DNA from: Eledone cirrhosa
Lineage: Eukaryota
Length of the DNA stretch: 64,000 nt
Direction: 5' to 3'
NCBI GenBank assembly: GCA_964016885.1
Contig: OZ024746.1
Span: 41,788,001-41,852,000 of the forward strand
In this document: positions 15,047-28,537 of the stretch, one piece after another
Layout: each line of letters starts with the position of its first letter
How positions within the stretch are numbered: the stretch's first letter is position 1
Program-made: the position numbers and the translations under genes
Notes under the pieces: model-generated
Told to the model about the DNA's origin: nothing
The model's input: only the letters and a program-made list of their open reading frames with translations
The model's database searches: none

Positions 15047-15125
<79 letters not shown>

Positions 15126-15318
15126 GTATATATATGTATACATATATATATGTATACATATATATATGTATATATATGTATATATATATATGTATGTATA
15201 TATATGTATATATATATGTGTATATATATGTATATATATATATATGTGTATATATATGTATATATATGTATATATATATATGTATATATATATATGTATA
15301 TATATGTATATATATATG

Positions 15319-15351
<33 letters not shown>

Positions 15352-15634
15352 GTAGATATATATATGTATATATATATGTATGTATATATATATATATATG
15401 TATATGTGTATATATGTGTATATATATATGTATATATATATGTATGTATATATATATATATATGTATATGTGTATATATGTGTATATATATGTGTATATA
15501 TATGTGTATATATATATGTGTATATATATGTGTATATATATGTGTATATATATATGTGTATATATATGTATATATATATGTGTATATATATGTATATATA
15601 TATATATGTGTATATATATGTATATATATATATG

Positions 15635-15665
<31 letters not shown>

Positions 15666-15963
15666 GTATATATATATATGTGTATATATATATTTATATA
15701 TATATATATGTGTATATATATATGTGTATATTATGTATATATATATATGTGTGTATATATATGTGTATATATATGTGTATATATATGTGTATATATATGT
15801 GTATATATATGTATATATATATGTATATATATATATGTGTATATATATATGTGTATATATATATGTGTATATATATATATGTGTATATATATGTGTATAT
15901 ATATATATGTGTATATATATATATGTATATATATATATGTGCATATATATATATGTGTATATA

Positions 15964-16004
<41 letters not shown>

Positions 16005-16010
16005 ATATAT

Positions 16011-16042
<32 letters not shown>

Positions 16043-16093
16043 GTGTATATATATATGTGTATATATATGTATATATATATGTGTGTGTATATA

Positions 16094-16136
<43 letters not shown>

Positions 16137-16557
16137 GTGTGTATATATATGTATATATATATGTGTGTATATATATATGTGTATATATATATGTATATAT
16201 ATATATATGTGTGTATATATATGTATATATATATGTGTGTATATATATATGTGTATATATATATGTATATATATATATATGTGTGTATATATATGTGTAT
16301 ATATATGTGTATATATATGTGTATATATATGTATATATATATGTATATATATATATGTATATGTATATATATATATGTATATATATATGTGTATATATAT
16401 ATGTATATATATATATGTGTATATATATATGTGTATATATATATGTGTATATATATATATGTGTATATATATGTGTATATATATATATGTGTATATATAT
16501 ATGTGTATATATATATATGTGTATATATATATGTGCATATATATATATGTGTATATA

Positions 16558-16588
<31 letters not shown>

Positions 16589-16857
16589 GTGTATATATAT
16601 ATGTGTATATATATATATGTATGTATATATGTATGTATATATATATATGTATATATGTATGTATATATATATATGTATATATGTATGTATATATATATAT
16701 GTATATATGTATGTATATATATGTGTGTATATATGTATGTATATATATATATGTATATATGTATGTATGTATGTATATATATGTGTGTATATATGTATGT
16801 ATATATGTATGTATGTATATGTATGTATGTATGTATATGTATGTATATATATATATG

Positions 16858-16890
<33 letters not shown>

Positions 16891-17015
16891 GTATGTATGT
16901 ATGTATATATATATATGTATATATGTATGTATATATGTATGTATGTATATGTATGTATGTATGTATATGTATGTATGTATGTATGTATATATATGTGTAT
17001 GTATGTATATGTATG

Positions 17016-17047
<32 letters not shown>

Positions 17048-17099
17048 TATGTATGTATGTATATATATGTATGTATGTATATGTATGTATGTATGTATG

Positions 17100-17135
<36 letters not shown>

Positions 17136-17159
17136 TGTATGAATATGTATGTATGTATG

Positions 17160-17192
<33 letters not shown>

Positions 17193-17245
17193 ATATGTAT
17201 GTATATATGTATGTATGTATGTATATGTATATGTATGTATGTATG

Positions 17246-17279
<34 letters not shown>

Positions 17280-17591
17280 TGTATGTATGTATGTATGTAT
17301 GTATGTATGTATGTATGTATGTATGTATGTATGTATGTATGTATATATGTATGTATGTATATATATATATGTATGTATGTATGTATATATATATATGTAT
17401 ATATGTATGTATGTATATATATATATGTATATATGTATGTATGTATATATATGTGTATATATGTATGTATGTATGTATATATGTATGTATGTATATATAT
17501 ATGTATATATGTATGTATGTATGTATATATGTATGTATGTATATATATGTGTATATATGTATGTATGTATATATATATGTATGTATGTATA

Positions 17592-17627
<36 letters not shown>

Positions 17628-17656
17628 TGTATGTATATATGTATGTATGTATATAT

Positions 17657-18264
17657 GTCAGGTCACCAGTTGGTGCTACTGGTAACATGTATCCCAGTAC
17701 AACCTGTCTCATGGTCGGGTCGTTGGCGACTAAACTGGCAACCCTACCAAGGTTTCTTGGTGAGGAGGGTGACTTTGGACATCCTGCAGGACTAAAAACA
17801 AAACCTGTCAAAGGGCAAGGGAGCTCTTAAGACTCAATAGCCATCCAAAATCACCGGGAGAGATGACCCCTTAGCCTTTGTCAAGGCAGAATTCTAGGAG
17901 AAGGAAAACTCTGATATAACACCTGCAACCCTGATGGTATCCAATGATGTTGACTTGTTCTTCTTTTTGGTAAATATCATCTTGGTTAAGAGAGTGGGAC
18001 TGGCTTTGTGCAGTGCCTTTGCTCACTATAAAAGCTTCACAGCACAGGCATTGCTTTATATCTGGAGATCTCTCTGCACTTGTCATCACATGGTACCATG
18101 GGCCCTGCACTATGTGTCAATAATGGTCACAAGTGTAGTCTTTGTACCAGAGTTTTCAAGTCGCTGGCTGGACTAAAAAGTCACATTCGTTCAGCGCATC
18201 GGTAGGGGTTCTCCTACATGGATATAAAGTAGTGGCCGTACTCGAAAACGAGTTGGCAGCCACC
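17657..18264 (+). mobile_element. Non-autonomous RTE-derived element, family B (longest copy)
   Basis: Structured 5' head, no long ORF, zinc-finger remnant and ctcgaaaacgag hairpin tail; microsatellite on both sides. Confidence 0.75.
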
Positions 18265-18345
18265 ATATATATATATATATATGTATATGTGTATATATAT
18301 ATGTGTATATATATGTATATATATATGTGTGTGTATATATATATG

Positions 18346-18378
<33 letters not shown>

Positions 18379-18654
18379 GTGTGTATATATATGTATATAT
18401 ATATCTGTGTATATATATATGTGTATATATATATGTATATATATATATATATGTGTGTATATATATGTATATATATATGTGTGTATATATATATGTGTAT
18501 ATATATATGTATATATATATATATGTGTGTATATATATGTATATATATATGTATATATATATATATGTGTGTATATATACGTTTATATATATGTATCTAT
18601 ATAAAATATAGTTAAATAAAAAGTCAAATGTTTAAAATTTAGCTTCGTTTATTG

Positions 18655-18707
18655 CTGCTATATATATTTCAGTGACAGCCATCTTTGGCTGTTACCTCTT
18701 CAGGCAG
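18655..18707 (-). ncRNA. Type I hammerhead ribozyme
   Basis: Minus strand: ctgc-CTGAAGA-ggtaacagcca(aaga)tggctgtcact-GAAATATATATA-gcag. Intact core, stem II of about 10 bp, AUA site. Confidence 0.8.
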
Positions 18708-18769
18708 TCCGAATTAGTGTGGTATAGACAAGTACATATGTTGTTGAGGTGTATAATATTGTCAATACT

Positions 18770-18804
18770 CTGATATGCCCAGTTCCAGGAACTGGGCATA
18801 TCAG
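18770..18804. repeat. Perfect 17-bp hairpin at the 5' junction of a family B fragment
   Basis: ctgatatgcccagttcc-a-ggaactgggcatatcag. Confidence 0.85.
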
Positions 18805-18960
18805 CACTATGTGTCAATAATTGTCAAATGTGTAGTGTCTGTACCAGAGTTTTCAAGTTGCTGGCTGGACTAAAAAGTCACACTCGTTCAGCGTATTGGT
18901 AGGGGTTCTCCTACCGATATAAAGTAGTGGCCGTACTCGAAAACGAGTTGGCAGCCACCA
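18805..18960 (+). mobile_element. 3' end fragment of family B
   Basis: cactatgtgtcaataattgtc...ctcgaaaacgagttggcagccaccatatat matches 8347-8503. Confidence 0.8.
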
Positions 18961-19164
18961 TATATATGTGTTTTTTTTTGGGGGGGGGGGGGGGGGTTTA
19001 TCTTTTGATGCCGCTGTTGTTGTTGTAAATGTTCATTTCAATTCATTCTCAAGCTGTTGTTGCTGTAAACATTAGTGCCGGTGCTGTTGTAGATGTTGGG
19101 GTTGAAATCTGGTCGTTTGACTGAGTGTTGTATATACACACATATATATATATATATATACACA

Positions 19165-19463
19165 TTCAACACAGAGTAGAGAGTTTGACAACAGGTCGAT
19201 GACTTTAGTATAGATAGGGTAATGACATGTGATGGTGGTCTCTGTCCCTCATTATCGCTGCCATGTCCTGCGTTTCCAACAAACCAGTGTCTATCCTTAG
19301 GGCATCAACATACGTTAACCTTGGTCTTCCTCTTCTAGTGTGTCCATGTAGGATGAAAAACTCAGAGCTGTATGGGAGCATCCCAAAAGTCAGTTCAAAA
19401 GTGACACAGAGGACACAGAGGAGACTGAGGTTAGCTGGACATGCTCACCGTCATCCAGAGTTG
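19165..19463 (-). mobile_element. RTE-type LINE 3' fragment (another family) with inverted 5' segment
   Basis: Minus strand 19352 downward: [26 protein letters not shown]. Plus strand 19353-19463: [27 protein letters not shown]. Confidence 0.7.
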
Positions 19464-19482
19464 ACATATATATATATATATG

Positions 19483-19527
<45 letters not shown>

Positions 19528-19556
19528 GTATATATATATGTATGTATATATATATG

Positions 19557-19590
<34 letters not shown>

Positions 19591-19594
19591 TACG

Positions 19595-19652
<58 letters not shown>

Positions 19653-19953
19653 TGTAAAAAATATATATATATTGAAATACTTAACTAAAACACACACACA
19701 CGAACTTGTGAGTACATTTTCCTTTAACTACAAATTATTATTATATACTTTCGTCTTTTCATTAACTTAATTAATTTCAAATAACCAGAATATACATATA
19801 TATATATATATATATACTCATATTTATATATATACGCTTCTCACTCACACACAAGAAAAACAAAAAACAAAAATAAATCAAAAATAAATTTAAAAAAAAA
19901 AATATATATATATTGAAATACTTAACTAAAACACACACACACTCAAAACTAGA

Positions 19954-21114
19954 ATGGCTAACCAGCAAAAATCCAAACAGAACTGGTCTGATAATGAAAT
20001 CGACATTCTAATAAACACATGGCATTGCCTTTCCCAAACAGAAAATATAGATGCTTCATCTCTGAACGACATTGCTAAACGTACAGTTCAATTTTTGAAT
20101 ACTCGATCTGAACAACAGATTCAAAATAAATTAAAGCAAATCGAAATTGCTTTTAAATTAATCAATAAACATTTGGATAAACTACGGTGTGTTTTCTCTT
20201 CGAATGCTGTCCAGCAGCAGCAACAACAACAACAGCAGCTACAACAGCAACAACAACAACAGCTACAACAACAACATCAACAACAGCTACAACAACAACA
20301 TCAACAACAGCAACAACAACAGTGTGAACCACTCCTTGATTCATCAACAATGGCCGATCTACTAAATGAAACTATTGACCCCCCAGTAGCCTCTGTCTCA
20401 CAGCATGAAACGCCACATCCTTTCTCTGGCCCAGCAGTCCAATCATCACCTCTGCCAACATCTCTGCCTACTACTACTACTACTACTACAACATTTTTGT
20501 CTACTGCTATGTCAAGGAATTTACCTTCTAATACCAGAACAAGAACTCTCCCTCCCACAGTCCACAAAGGTCGTCAAATCCTACCCAAACCATCATCTAC
20601 ACCTCTCACAACACCCACACCCACATACCCACCCACTCGAAACCCCATCATTTGCCGCTACTCTCTACGCTATAGAATATGTACGGATAGTGGCTGCAAA
20701 TTCACCCATTTACCTAGGACAAAACGATCTATCCCCACAAACAGCCACCACCATAATACATACTCTAATTTAACACCAACACAACCACCAATAACTCAAA
20801 CAAGGAATCCACAAATCTGCCGTTTTTCCCTGCGAGACAGATTGTGTTTAGACCGGGATTGTCCCTTTACCCATCTCCCGGGGACCCGTCGGATAAATGA
20901 AAATAAAATTAAAAATAAAAGCAAAAACAAAAACCATAACCTACATAAAAATAACCACTACCACAGTCACCAACAGTCTTCTAAACAGGAAACTTCTTCC
21001 TCTTTTTTAGCCATAATGAATCTGGCAAAAGAACTGGAAAAAAACATTCGAGCTATCACCCAGCACCACCCTCCACTATCACCCCACTGCACAAACTCCC
21101 ATTGCTGCCATTAA
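19954..21114 (+). CDS. LINE ORF1: Myb/SANT-like N terminus, polyQ, two CCCH zinc fingers
   Basis: WSDNEIDILINTW...RSEQQIQNKLKQI; Q-rich tract; CRYSLRYRICTDSGCKFTH and CRFSLRDRLCLDRDCPFTH (C-x8-C-x4-C-x3-H). Confidence 0.8.
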   Translation: MANQQKSKQNWSDNEIDILINTWHCLSQTENIDASSLNDIAKRTVQFLNTRSEQQIQNKLKQIEIAFKLINKHLDKLRCVFSSNAVQQQQQQQQQLQQQQQQQLQQQHQQQLQQQHQQQQQQQCEPLLDSSTMADLLNETIDPPVASVSQHETPHPFSGPAVQSSPLPTSLPTTTTTTTTFLSTAMSRNLPSNTRTRTLPPTVHKGRQILPKPSSTPLTTPTPTYPPTRNPIICRYSLRYRICTDSGCKFTHLPRTKRSIPTNSHHHNTYSNLTPTQPPITQTRNPQICRFSLRDRLCLDRDCPFTHLPGTRRINENKIKNKSKNKNHNLHKNNHYHSHQQSSKQETSSSFLAIMNLAKELEKNIRAITQHHPPLSPHCTNSHCCH

Positions 21115-24100
21115 CAAACAAACAAATTAACAACACACCAAAACAATTAAAACCATCCACTCTCGCCTCTACATTTTTGCTTAACGCCCAAGGCATCAGC
21201 CCTTCCACCAATACTCAAAAATGGAAGATCAAATTCCTGGAGGACTGGATTGATGTCCATCCAAACCACATCCCTTTCTTCGTCCTCACTGAAACCCATC
21301 TCAGTAACCTCCACTTGGAAGCCGAGGTGAAAGTGAAAAATTTCAAAGCCATCCGTGCTGATCGCGCTGGCAGAAGAAAGGGCGGAACTGCCATTTATGT
21401 CCATAATTCTTTCTCAACAGAGGCTATGAACATATTCACTAATGGATACTGTGAGGCAGTCACTGTATTCAGTCAAACCAACAACCTATTAGTAGTTGGG
21501 CTCTATAGGCCACCCCAAACGCCTGTACCATGCTTCAAGGAATGCCTCAACAGCATAAAGTGTTTCATCCAAGAGTGTCACCCTGACAACATCTTAATGA
21601 TGGGGGACTTCAACCTCCCCGGAGTTGACTGGTCCACAAACACCCTGCCACCAGGTTCTTCTGCCTCAACCTCTGACAGGGAAGCTGTGGAATCGCTTCT
21701 TGACTTCATGGATGATTTCTTCCTATCCCAACTAGTGCTCGAACCAACGAGGTGCCACAAAAACGTCCTAGACTTAATTTTCAGCAATCACACTGACAAT
21801 ATCCACAATATTGCAGTGGAGAAAACTCTACTCTCTGATCATGACATGGTTCTCTGTGATCTGAGATTCCACCGTCCAATATACAAACCCAATGTCATTT
21901 CTCCTGTCCATCCGTTTGACGCTATGGATTTCCACAATGCAAACTGGGAAGCGATCAGTCATGATCTTGCACATGTCGACTGGTCCTTCACGCACACTCA
22001 TACACCCACTAACATCAAAAAGTCCTGGCAGACATTTGTGGACACTGTTACAAACATATGTGCTAAACACACCCCATTAAGAATTATAAACAAATCTAAG
22101 AGCAGAATCCCTAGAAATAGAAAAACGCTCATCAGAAAAATTAAGAGAACGAACAAAAAAATCAACAATCTGAAATACTGTCAGCAGCAACACATCAACT
22201 TGACTGCCATTTCATCACTAGAGATTAAAAAACATAACCTCCAAAACAACATAATGTCCCTCATCAACAATCAGAGAAGAGCTGAAGAGGCCTGGGCCAT
22301 TGAGAAGATCAAACTCAATCCCAAAGTGTTCTTTTCATTTGCAAAAAAACACAAAATCACTGGCTCTACTGTTGGCCCTCTAATTGATGAAAATGGCACT
22401 CTTCAAGACAATGCTAAAACCATGGGTGAGATACTGCAGAAACAATACTGCTCTGTTTTCAGCAATCCTGATATGGCCGATCTGGGCTGTATCGGCGATG
22501 TTACTCCCCATTACACCTTATCGGACATAACGTTTGGCGCCCCTGATGTCTTGGCGGCAATAAAGGAAATCAAGCATAATTCAGCAGTAGGTCCCGATAG
22601 GTTCCCTGCTTGTGTCTTGAAGGCGTGTCAACACCAACTTGCTTCTCCTCTTGCCAATCTGTGGCGGAACTCACTGGATGCTGGATATGTGCCAGAAAAC
22701 CTTCTATCCCAGTCTGTTGTCCCAGTTTTCAAAAAGGGAAACAAATCCCTTGCCGTGAATTACCGTCCAATCTCACTCACCTCTCATATCATTAAGGTAT
22801 TTGAGCGAGTGGTGAGATCGCGAATGACCCACTTCCTTGAGAGTAACAATATGCTGAACTCCAACCAGCATGGATTCCGTAATGGAAGGGATTGCCTGAC
22901 GCAACTACTGCATCACTTTGATGACATTTTGAGAGCCTTGGGAGAGGGTTCCAACACTGATGTTATCTACCTTGATTTCAGCAAGGCCTTTGACAGGGTT
23001 GATCATAACATTCTACTGAGAAAGCTGTCCAATATTGGTGTCACTGGAAAGCTGCTGCAGTGGATCAAGAGCTTCCTGTCAAACAGAACCCAACATGTTG
23101 TAGTTGAGGGAGTCAAATCAAGCCCAGCCAAAGTCAGTAGTGGAGTCCCACAAGGCACTGTGTTGGGCCCACTTCTCTTCATCATCTATATTAATGACAT
23201 CACTGACATCATCAAACACAGCAACATTAAAATTTTCGCTGATGATTCCAAGCTCCAAAAGGTCATCAATGGCGTGGATGACCGGATAAGCCTTCAGTCA
23301 GACCTACTGGCTGTTACCCAATGGGCAGAAAAGAACAACATGTTACTGAACGAAGACAAATTCGAACTGATCCACTTTGGAAAAGAGGATGCTCTGAAAC
23401 TCCCGTACTCCCTTCCCTCCGGGGAAACTCTCGTGGCATCTAACAACATCAGAGACTTGGGAGTAACCGTGGACAGCAACATAAGCTGGACCACGCATAT
23501 AAGCAGCAAAGTTGACATGGCCCGCAGAATGTGTTCCTGGATCCTCAGAACCTTCCAGTCGAGAGATTCCCGCACCATTATCCTTCTCTTCTCTACTTTC
23601 GCCCGACCACACCTTGAATACTGTTGTCCACTGTGGTCTCCCCACACGAAACAAAGTATCATGAAACTTGAAGCTCCTCAAAGGGCAATCACGAAAAAGA
23701 TAGATGGCATGTCAGACCTTGACTACTGGGGTCGATTGGAAAACCTGAAACTTTACTCACTCCAACGTCGCCGTGAGCGTTATATTATCTGCATGATGTG
23801 GAAAATGTTCCATCATCACTGCCCAAATGATGTTGGCATCGCCTTCAAGATACACCCAAGGCTTGGGCCCCGTGCTATCCGTCCCATTCAAAAATCTAAA
23901 TCGCAACTCATAACAACAATACGGCACAATTATTTCACCTCAATCGGCCCTGCTCTCTTCAACATCACACCAGGACACGTCAAAACAGAAACTGACCACA
24001 CAAAATTCAAGAAGTCTTTGGACAAATTCCTCCAAGTAATCCCGGACAAACCACCCACACCCGGATATGTCTCCGCAAACAGTAATTCTCTTCTCGAATG

Positions 24101-24122
24101 GGCCATGGTGCCCAAATCCTGA
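21102..24122 (+). CDS. LINE ORF2: APE endonuclease plus reverse transcriptase (no AUG before the endonuclease; frame open from 20985)
   Basis: [86 protein letters not shown]; 1006 codons without a stop. Confidence 0.95.
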   Translation: MLPLTNKQINNTPKQLKPSTLASTFLLNAQGISPSTNTQKWKIKFLEDWIDVHPNHIPFFVLTETHLSNLHLEAEVKVKNFKAIRADRAGRRKGGTAIYVHNSFSTEAMNIFTNGYCEAVTVFSQTNNLLVVGLYRPPQTPVPCFKECLNSIKCFIQECHPDNILMMGDFNLPGVDWSTNTLPPGSSASTSDREAVESLLDFMDDFFLSQLVLEPTRCHKNVLDLIFSNHTDNIHNIAVEKTLLSDHDMVLCDLRFHRPIYKPNVISPVHPFDAMDFHNANWEAISHDLAHVDWSFTHTHTPTNIKKSWQTFVDTVTNICAKHTPLRIINKSKSRIPRNRKTLIRKIKRTNKKINNLKYCQQQHINLTAISSLEIKKHNLQNNIMSLINNQRRAEEAWAIEKIKLNPKVFFSFAKKHKITGSTVGPLIDENGTLQDNAKTMGEILQKQYCSVFSNPDMADLGCIGDVTPHYTLSDITFGAPDVLAAIKEIKHNSAVGPDRFPACVLKACQHQLASPLANLWRNSLDAGYVPENLLSQSVVPVFKKGNKSLAVNYRPISLTSHIIKVFERVVRSRMTHFLESNNMLNSNQHGFRNGRDCLTQLLHHFDDILRALGEGSNTDVIYLDFSKAFDRVDHNILLRKLSNIGVTGKLLQWIKSFLSNRTQHVVVEGVKSSPAKVSSGVPQGTVLGPLLFIIYINDITDIIKHSNIKIFADDSKLQKVINGVDDRISLQSDLLAVTQWAEKNNMLLNEDKFELIHFGKEDALKLPYSLPSGETLVASNNIRDLGVTVDSNISWTTHISSKVDMARRMCSWILRTFQSRDSRTIILLFSTFARPHLEYCCPLWSPHTKQSIMKLEAPQRAITKKIDGMSDLDYWGRLENLKLYSLQRRRERYIICMMWKMFHHHCPNDVGIAFKIHPRLGPRAIRPIQKSKSQLITTIRHNYFTSIGPALFNITPGHVKTETDHTKFKKSLDKFLQVIPDKPPTPGYVSANSNSLLEWAMVPKS

Positions 24123-24211
24123 ATTGAAAGACTTCGCCAGGTGGTGCTATTAAGCTAGACATGGCCTGGGCCAATACTGGCCAAAACATTTCAAAGTTAT
24201 TCAAAGTTATG

Positions 24212-24266
<55 letters not shown>

Positions 24267-25053
24267 GTATATATATGTATATATATGTATATATATATGT
24301 ATATATATGTATATATATGTATATATATATATATGTATATATATGTATATATATGTATATATATGTATATATATGTATATATATGTATATATATGTATAT
24401 ATATATGTATATATATGTATATATATGTATATATATGTATATATATGTATATATATGTATATATATGTATATATATGTATATATATGTATATATGTATAT
24501 ATATGTATATATATATATATATGTATATATATGTATATATATGTATATATATATATATATGTATATATATGTATATATATATATATATGTATATATATGT
24601 ATATATATATATATATGTATATATATGTATATATATGTATATATATGTATATATATATATATATGTATATATATGTATATATATGTATATATATGTATAT
24701 ATATATATATATATGTATATATATGTATATATATGTATATATATGTATATATGTATATATATGTATAAATATGTATATATATGTATATATATGTATATAT
24801 ATGTATATATATGTATATATATGTATATATATGTATATATATGTATATGTATATATATGTATATATATGTATATATATATAGATATAGATAGGTAAATAT
24901 ACACGGGTGTCTATGATTGTGTATAGAAGATTATATTAATAAGAGGAATTCCAACTTTGTCTGATTTACTCGTTTTATTTACAATCCTTTAAAATATATA
25001 TAATGGTATTATAATGAAATAGTATGATAGAATATTAAATTCTAAGTGTTAAT

Positions 25054-25092
25054 TGAACAAGTACTTTCATGCTTTCACAATCTTCAGGTTCA
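25054..25092 (-). ncRNA. Minimal type I hammerhead ribozyme
   Basis: Minus strand: tgaac-CTGAAGA-ttgt(gaaa)gcat-GAAAGTACTT-gttca. 5-bp stem I and palindromic stem III AGUACU. Confidence 0.75.
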
Positions 25093-25426
25093 TGATATGT
25101 GGTGACAGTCGAGTTTGCAATTTTCAACTGTAATGAGATGGGTAAATTTCCTACCTTTTATACATTTTATACAGAGAAAAGTGGCTCCAGAATACAAAGC
25201 CCTGTAAACTGTATTTCGACCAATCAGTGTGTAGTTTCACTGAATTACTACAGCTGATTGGTTTAAGCGTCACGGCTGGTTGAGCATGCTAACGACCAAT
25301 AGTCATATCCAACGTATCAATTGTTCTGCTTTTTTTGAATGTATATATATATATGTATATATATGTATATATATATATATGTATGTATATATGCATATAT
25401 ATATATATATATGTATATATATATGT

Positions 25427-25458
<32 letters not shown>

Positions 25459-25467
25459 GTATATATG

Positions 25468-25588
<121 letters not shown>

Positions 25589-25701
25589 GTATATATATAT
25601 ATGTATATATATATATGTATATATATATATGTATATATATATATGTATATATATATATGTATATATATATATGTATATATATATATGTATATATATATAT
25701 G

Positions 25702-25764
<63 letters not shown>

Positions 25765-25768
25765 GTAT

Positions 25769-25835
<67 letters not shown>

Positions 25836-25874
25836 ATATGTATATATGTATACATATATATATATATATATATG

Positions 25875-25951
<77 letters not shown>

Positions 25952-25962
25952 GTATATGTATA

Positions 25963-26073
<111 letters not shown>

Positions 26074-26090
26074 ATATATATATGTATATA

Positions 26091-26135
<45 letters not shown>

Positions 26136-26180
26136 GTATATATATATATATATGTGTATATATATATGTATATATATATG

Positions 26181-26211
<31 letters not shown>

Positions 26212-26306
26212 GTATATATATATATATATATATGTGTATATATATATGTATATATATATAGATATTTATATATGTATATATATATATATATATATATGTG
26301 TATATA

Positions 26307-26356
<50 letters not shown>

Positions 26357-26381
26357 TGTATGTATATATATATGTATGTAT

Positions 26382-26415
<34 letters not shown>

Positions 26416-26426
26416 GTATGTATATA

Positions 26427-26557
<131 letters not shown>

Positions 26558-26580
26558 ATATATATATATATATATGTATG

Positions 26581-26613
<33 letters not shown>

Positions 26614-26704
26614 ATATATATATATATGTATGTATGTATATATATATATATGTATGTATGTATATATATATATATGTATGTATGTATATATATATATATG
26701 TATG

Positions 26705-26735
<31 letters not shown>

Positions 26736-26780
26736 ATATATATATATATATGTATGTATATATATATATATATATGTATG

Positions 26781-26915
<135 letters not shown>

Positions 26916-27032
26916 ATATATATATATATCTATGTATATATATATGTATGTATATATATATATATATCTATGTATATATATATATATGTATGTATATATA
27001 TATATATATGTGTATATATATATATATGTATG

Positions 27033-27143
<111 letters not shown>

Positions 27144-27156
27144 ATGTATATGTATG

Positions 27157-27337
<181 letters not shown>

Positions 27338-27360
27338 ATATATATATATATATATGTATG

Positions 27361-27489
<129 letters not shown>

Positions 27490-27490
27490 G

Positions 27491-27645
<155 letters not shown>

Positions 27646-27696
27646 ATATATATATATATATGTATATATGTGTATATATATATATATATGTATATA

Positions 27697-27729
<33 letters not shown>

Positions 27730-27756
27730 ATATATATATATATATGTATATATATG

Positions 27757-27796
<40 letters not shown>

Positions 27797-27804
27797 TGTA
27801 TATG

Positions 27805-27869
<65 letters not shown>

Positions 27870-27888
27870 ATATATATATATATGTATG

Positions 27889-27975
<87 letters not shown>

Positions 27976-28146
27976 TTGTATCTGTATATATATATAATAT
28001 CTAAACTGTATTTATAATGTAGGAGGTGAGTTTTATTGTAGTACAATAAAGCAATGCAAATATCGGATAAGTAGCACTCTACAGTTTGTAGGACTGGAGT
28101 ATAAATAATAATATATAAGATCAAAAGATGGTTAAAAGAGTACATG

Positions 28147-28217
28147 TATTTTATTACTGCGCATTTCAAAACAAATATCATCATGCAATAACATTTGCGT
28201 TTTCATCAGATAAAATA
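28147..28217 (-). ncRNA. Hammerhead ribozyme, left arm of fold-back copy 1
   Basis: Minus strand: tattttat-CTGATGA-aaacgcaaatgtt...atttgtttt-GAAATGCGCAGTA-ataaaata (1-nt insertion in stem III). Confidence 0.65.
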
Positions 28218-28343
28218 GGGAGACATGATATGAAGGTTAAAACACACTTGTGAACTAGTGCAGTTTTAAATCAACATATATGATATGTTGATTTAAAACT
28301 GCACTATTCGCAAGTGTGTTTTAACCTTCATATCATGTCTCCC

Positions 28344-28411
28344 TATTTTATCTGATGAAAACGCAAATGTTATTGCATGATATTTGTTTTTGAAATGCGC
28401 ATAATAAAATA
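28344..28411 (+). ncRNA. Hammerhead ribozyme, right arm of fold-back copy 1
   Basis: tattttat-CTGATGA-aaacgcaaatgtt..gatatttgttttt-GAAATGCGCATA-ataaaata. 8-bp stem I and palindromic stem III AUGCGCAU. Confidence 0.8.
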
Positions 28412-28489
28412 CATGGAACTCTTTTAACCATCTTTTGATCTTATATATTATTATATGTATTTATATATATATATATATATGTATGCATG

Positions 28490-28537
<48 letters not shown>

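Larger units (their letters stand above)
19655..24208 (+). mobile_element. Apparently full-length, intact CR1/L2-group LINE inserted in (TA)n
   Basis: 5' region with a duplicated ~45-bp unit (19655-19701 and 19895-19941), two overlapping ORFs, a short 3' UTR ending ttcaaagtta-ttcaaagtta, and (TA)n on both flanks. Confidence 0.9.
28015..28448. mobile_element. Fold-back element (arms about 165 bp, 28110-28448) with one hammerhead per arm, copy 1
   Basis: aatatataagatcaaaagatggttaa...ttaaccatcttttgatcttatatatt. The unpaired extension 28015-28100 matches the reverse complement of 45664-45755. Confidence 0.85.

Noticed and set aside
17657-17745. Canonical HDV-like ribozyme
   Set aside because: Candidate P2, P3 and P4 elements exist but no matching P1/P1.1 was found.
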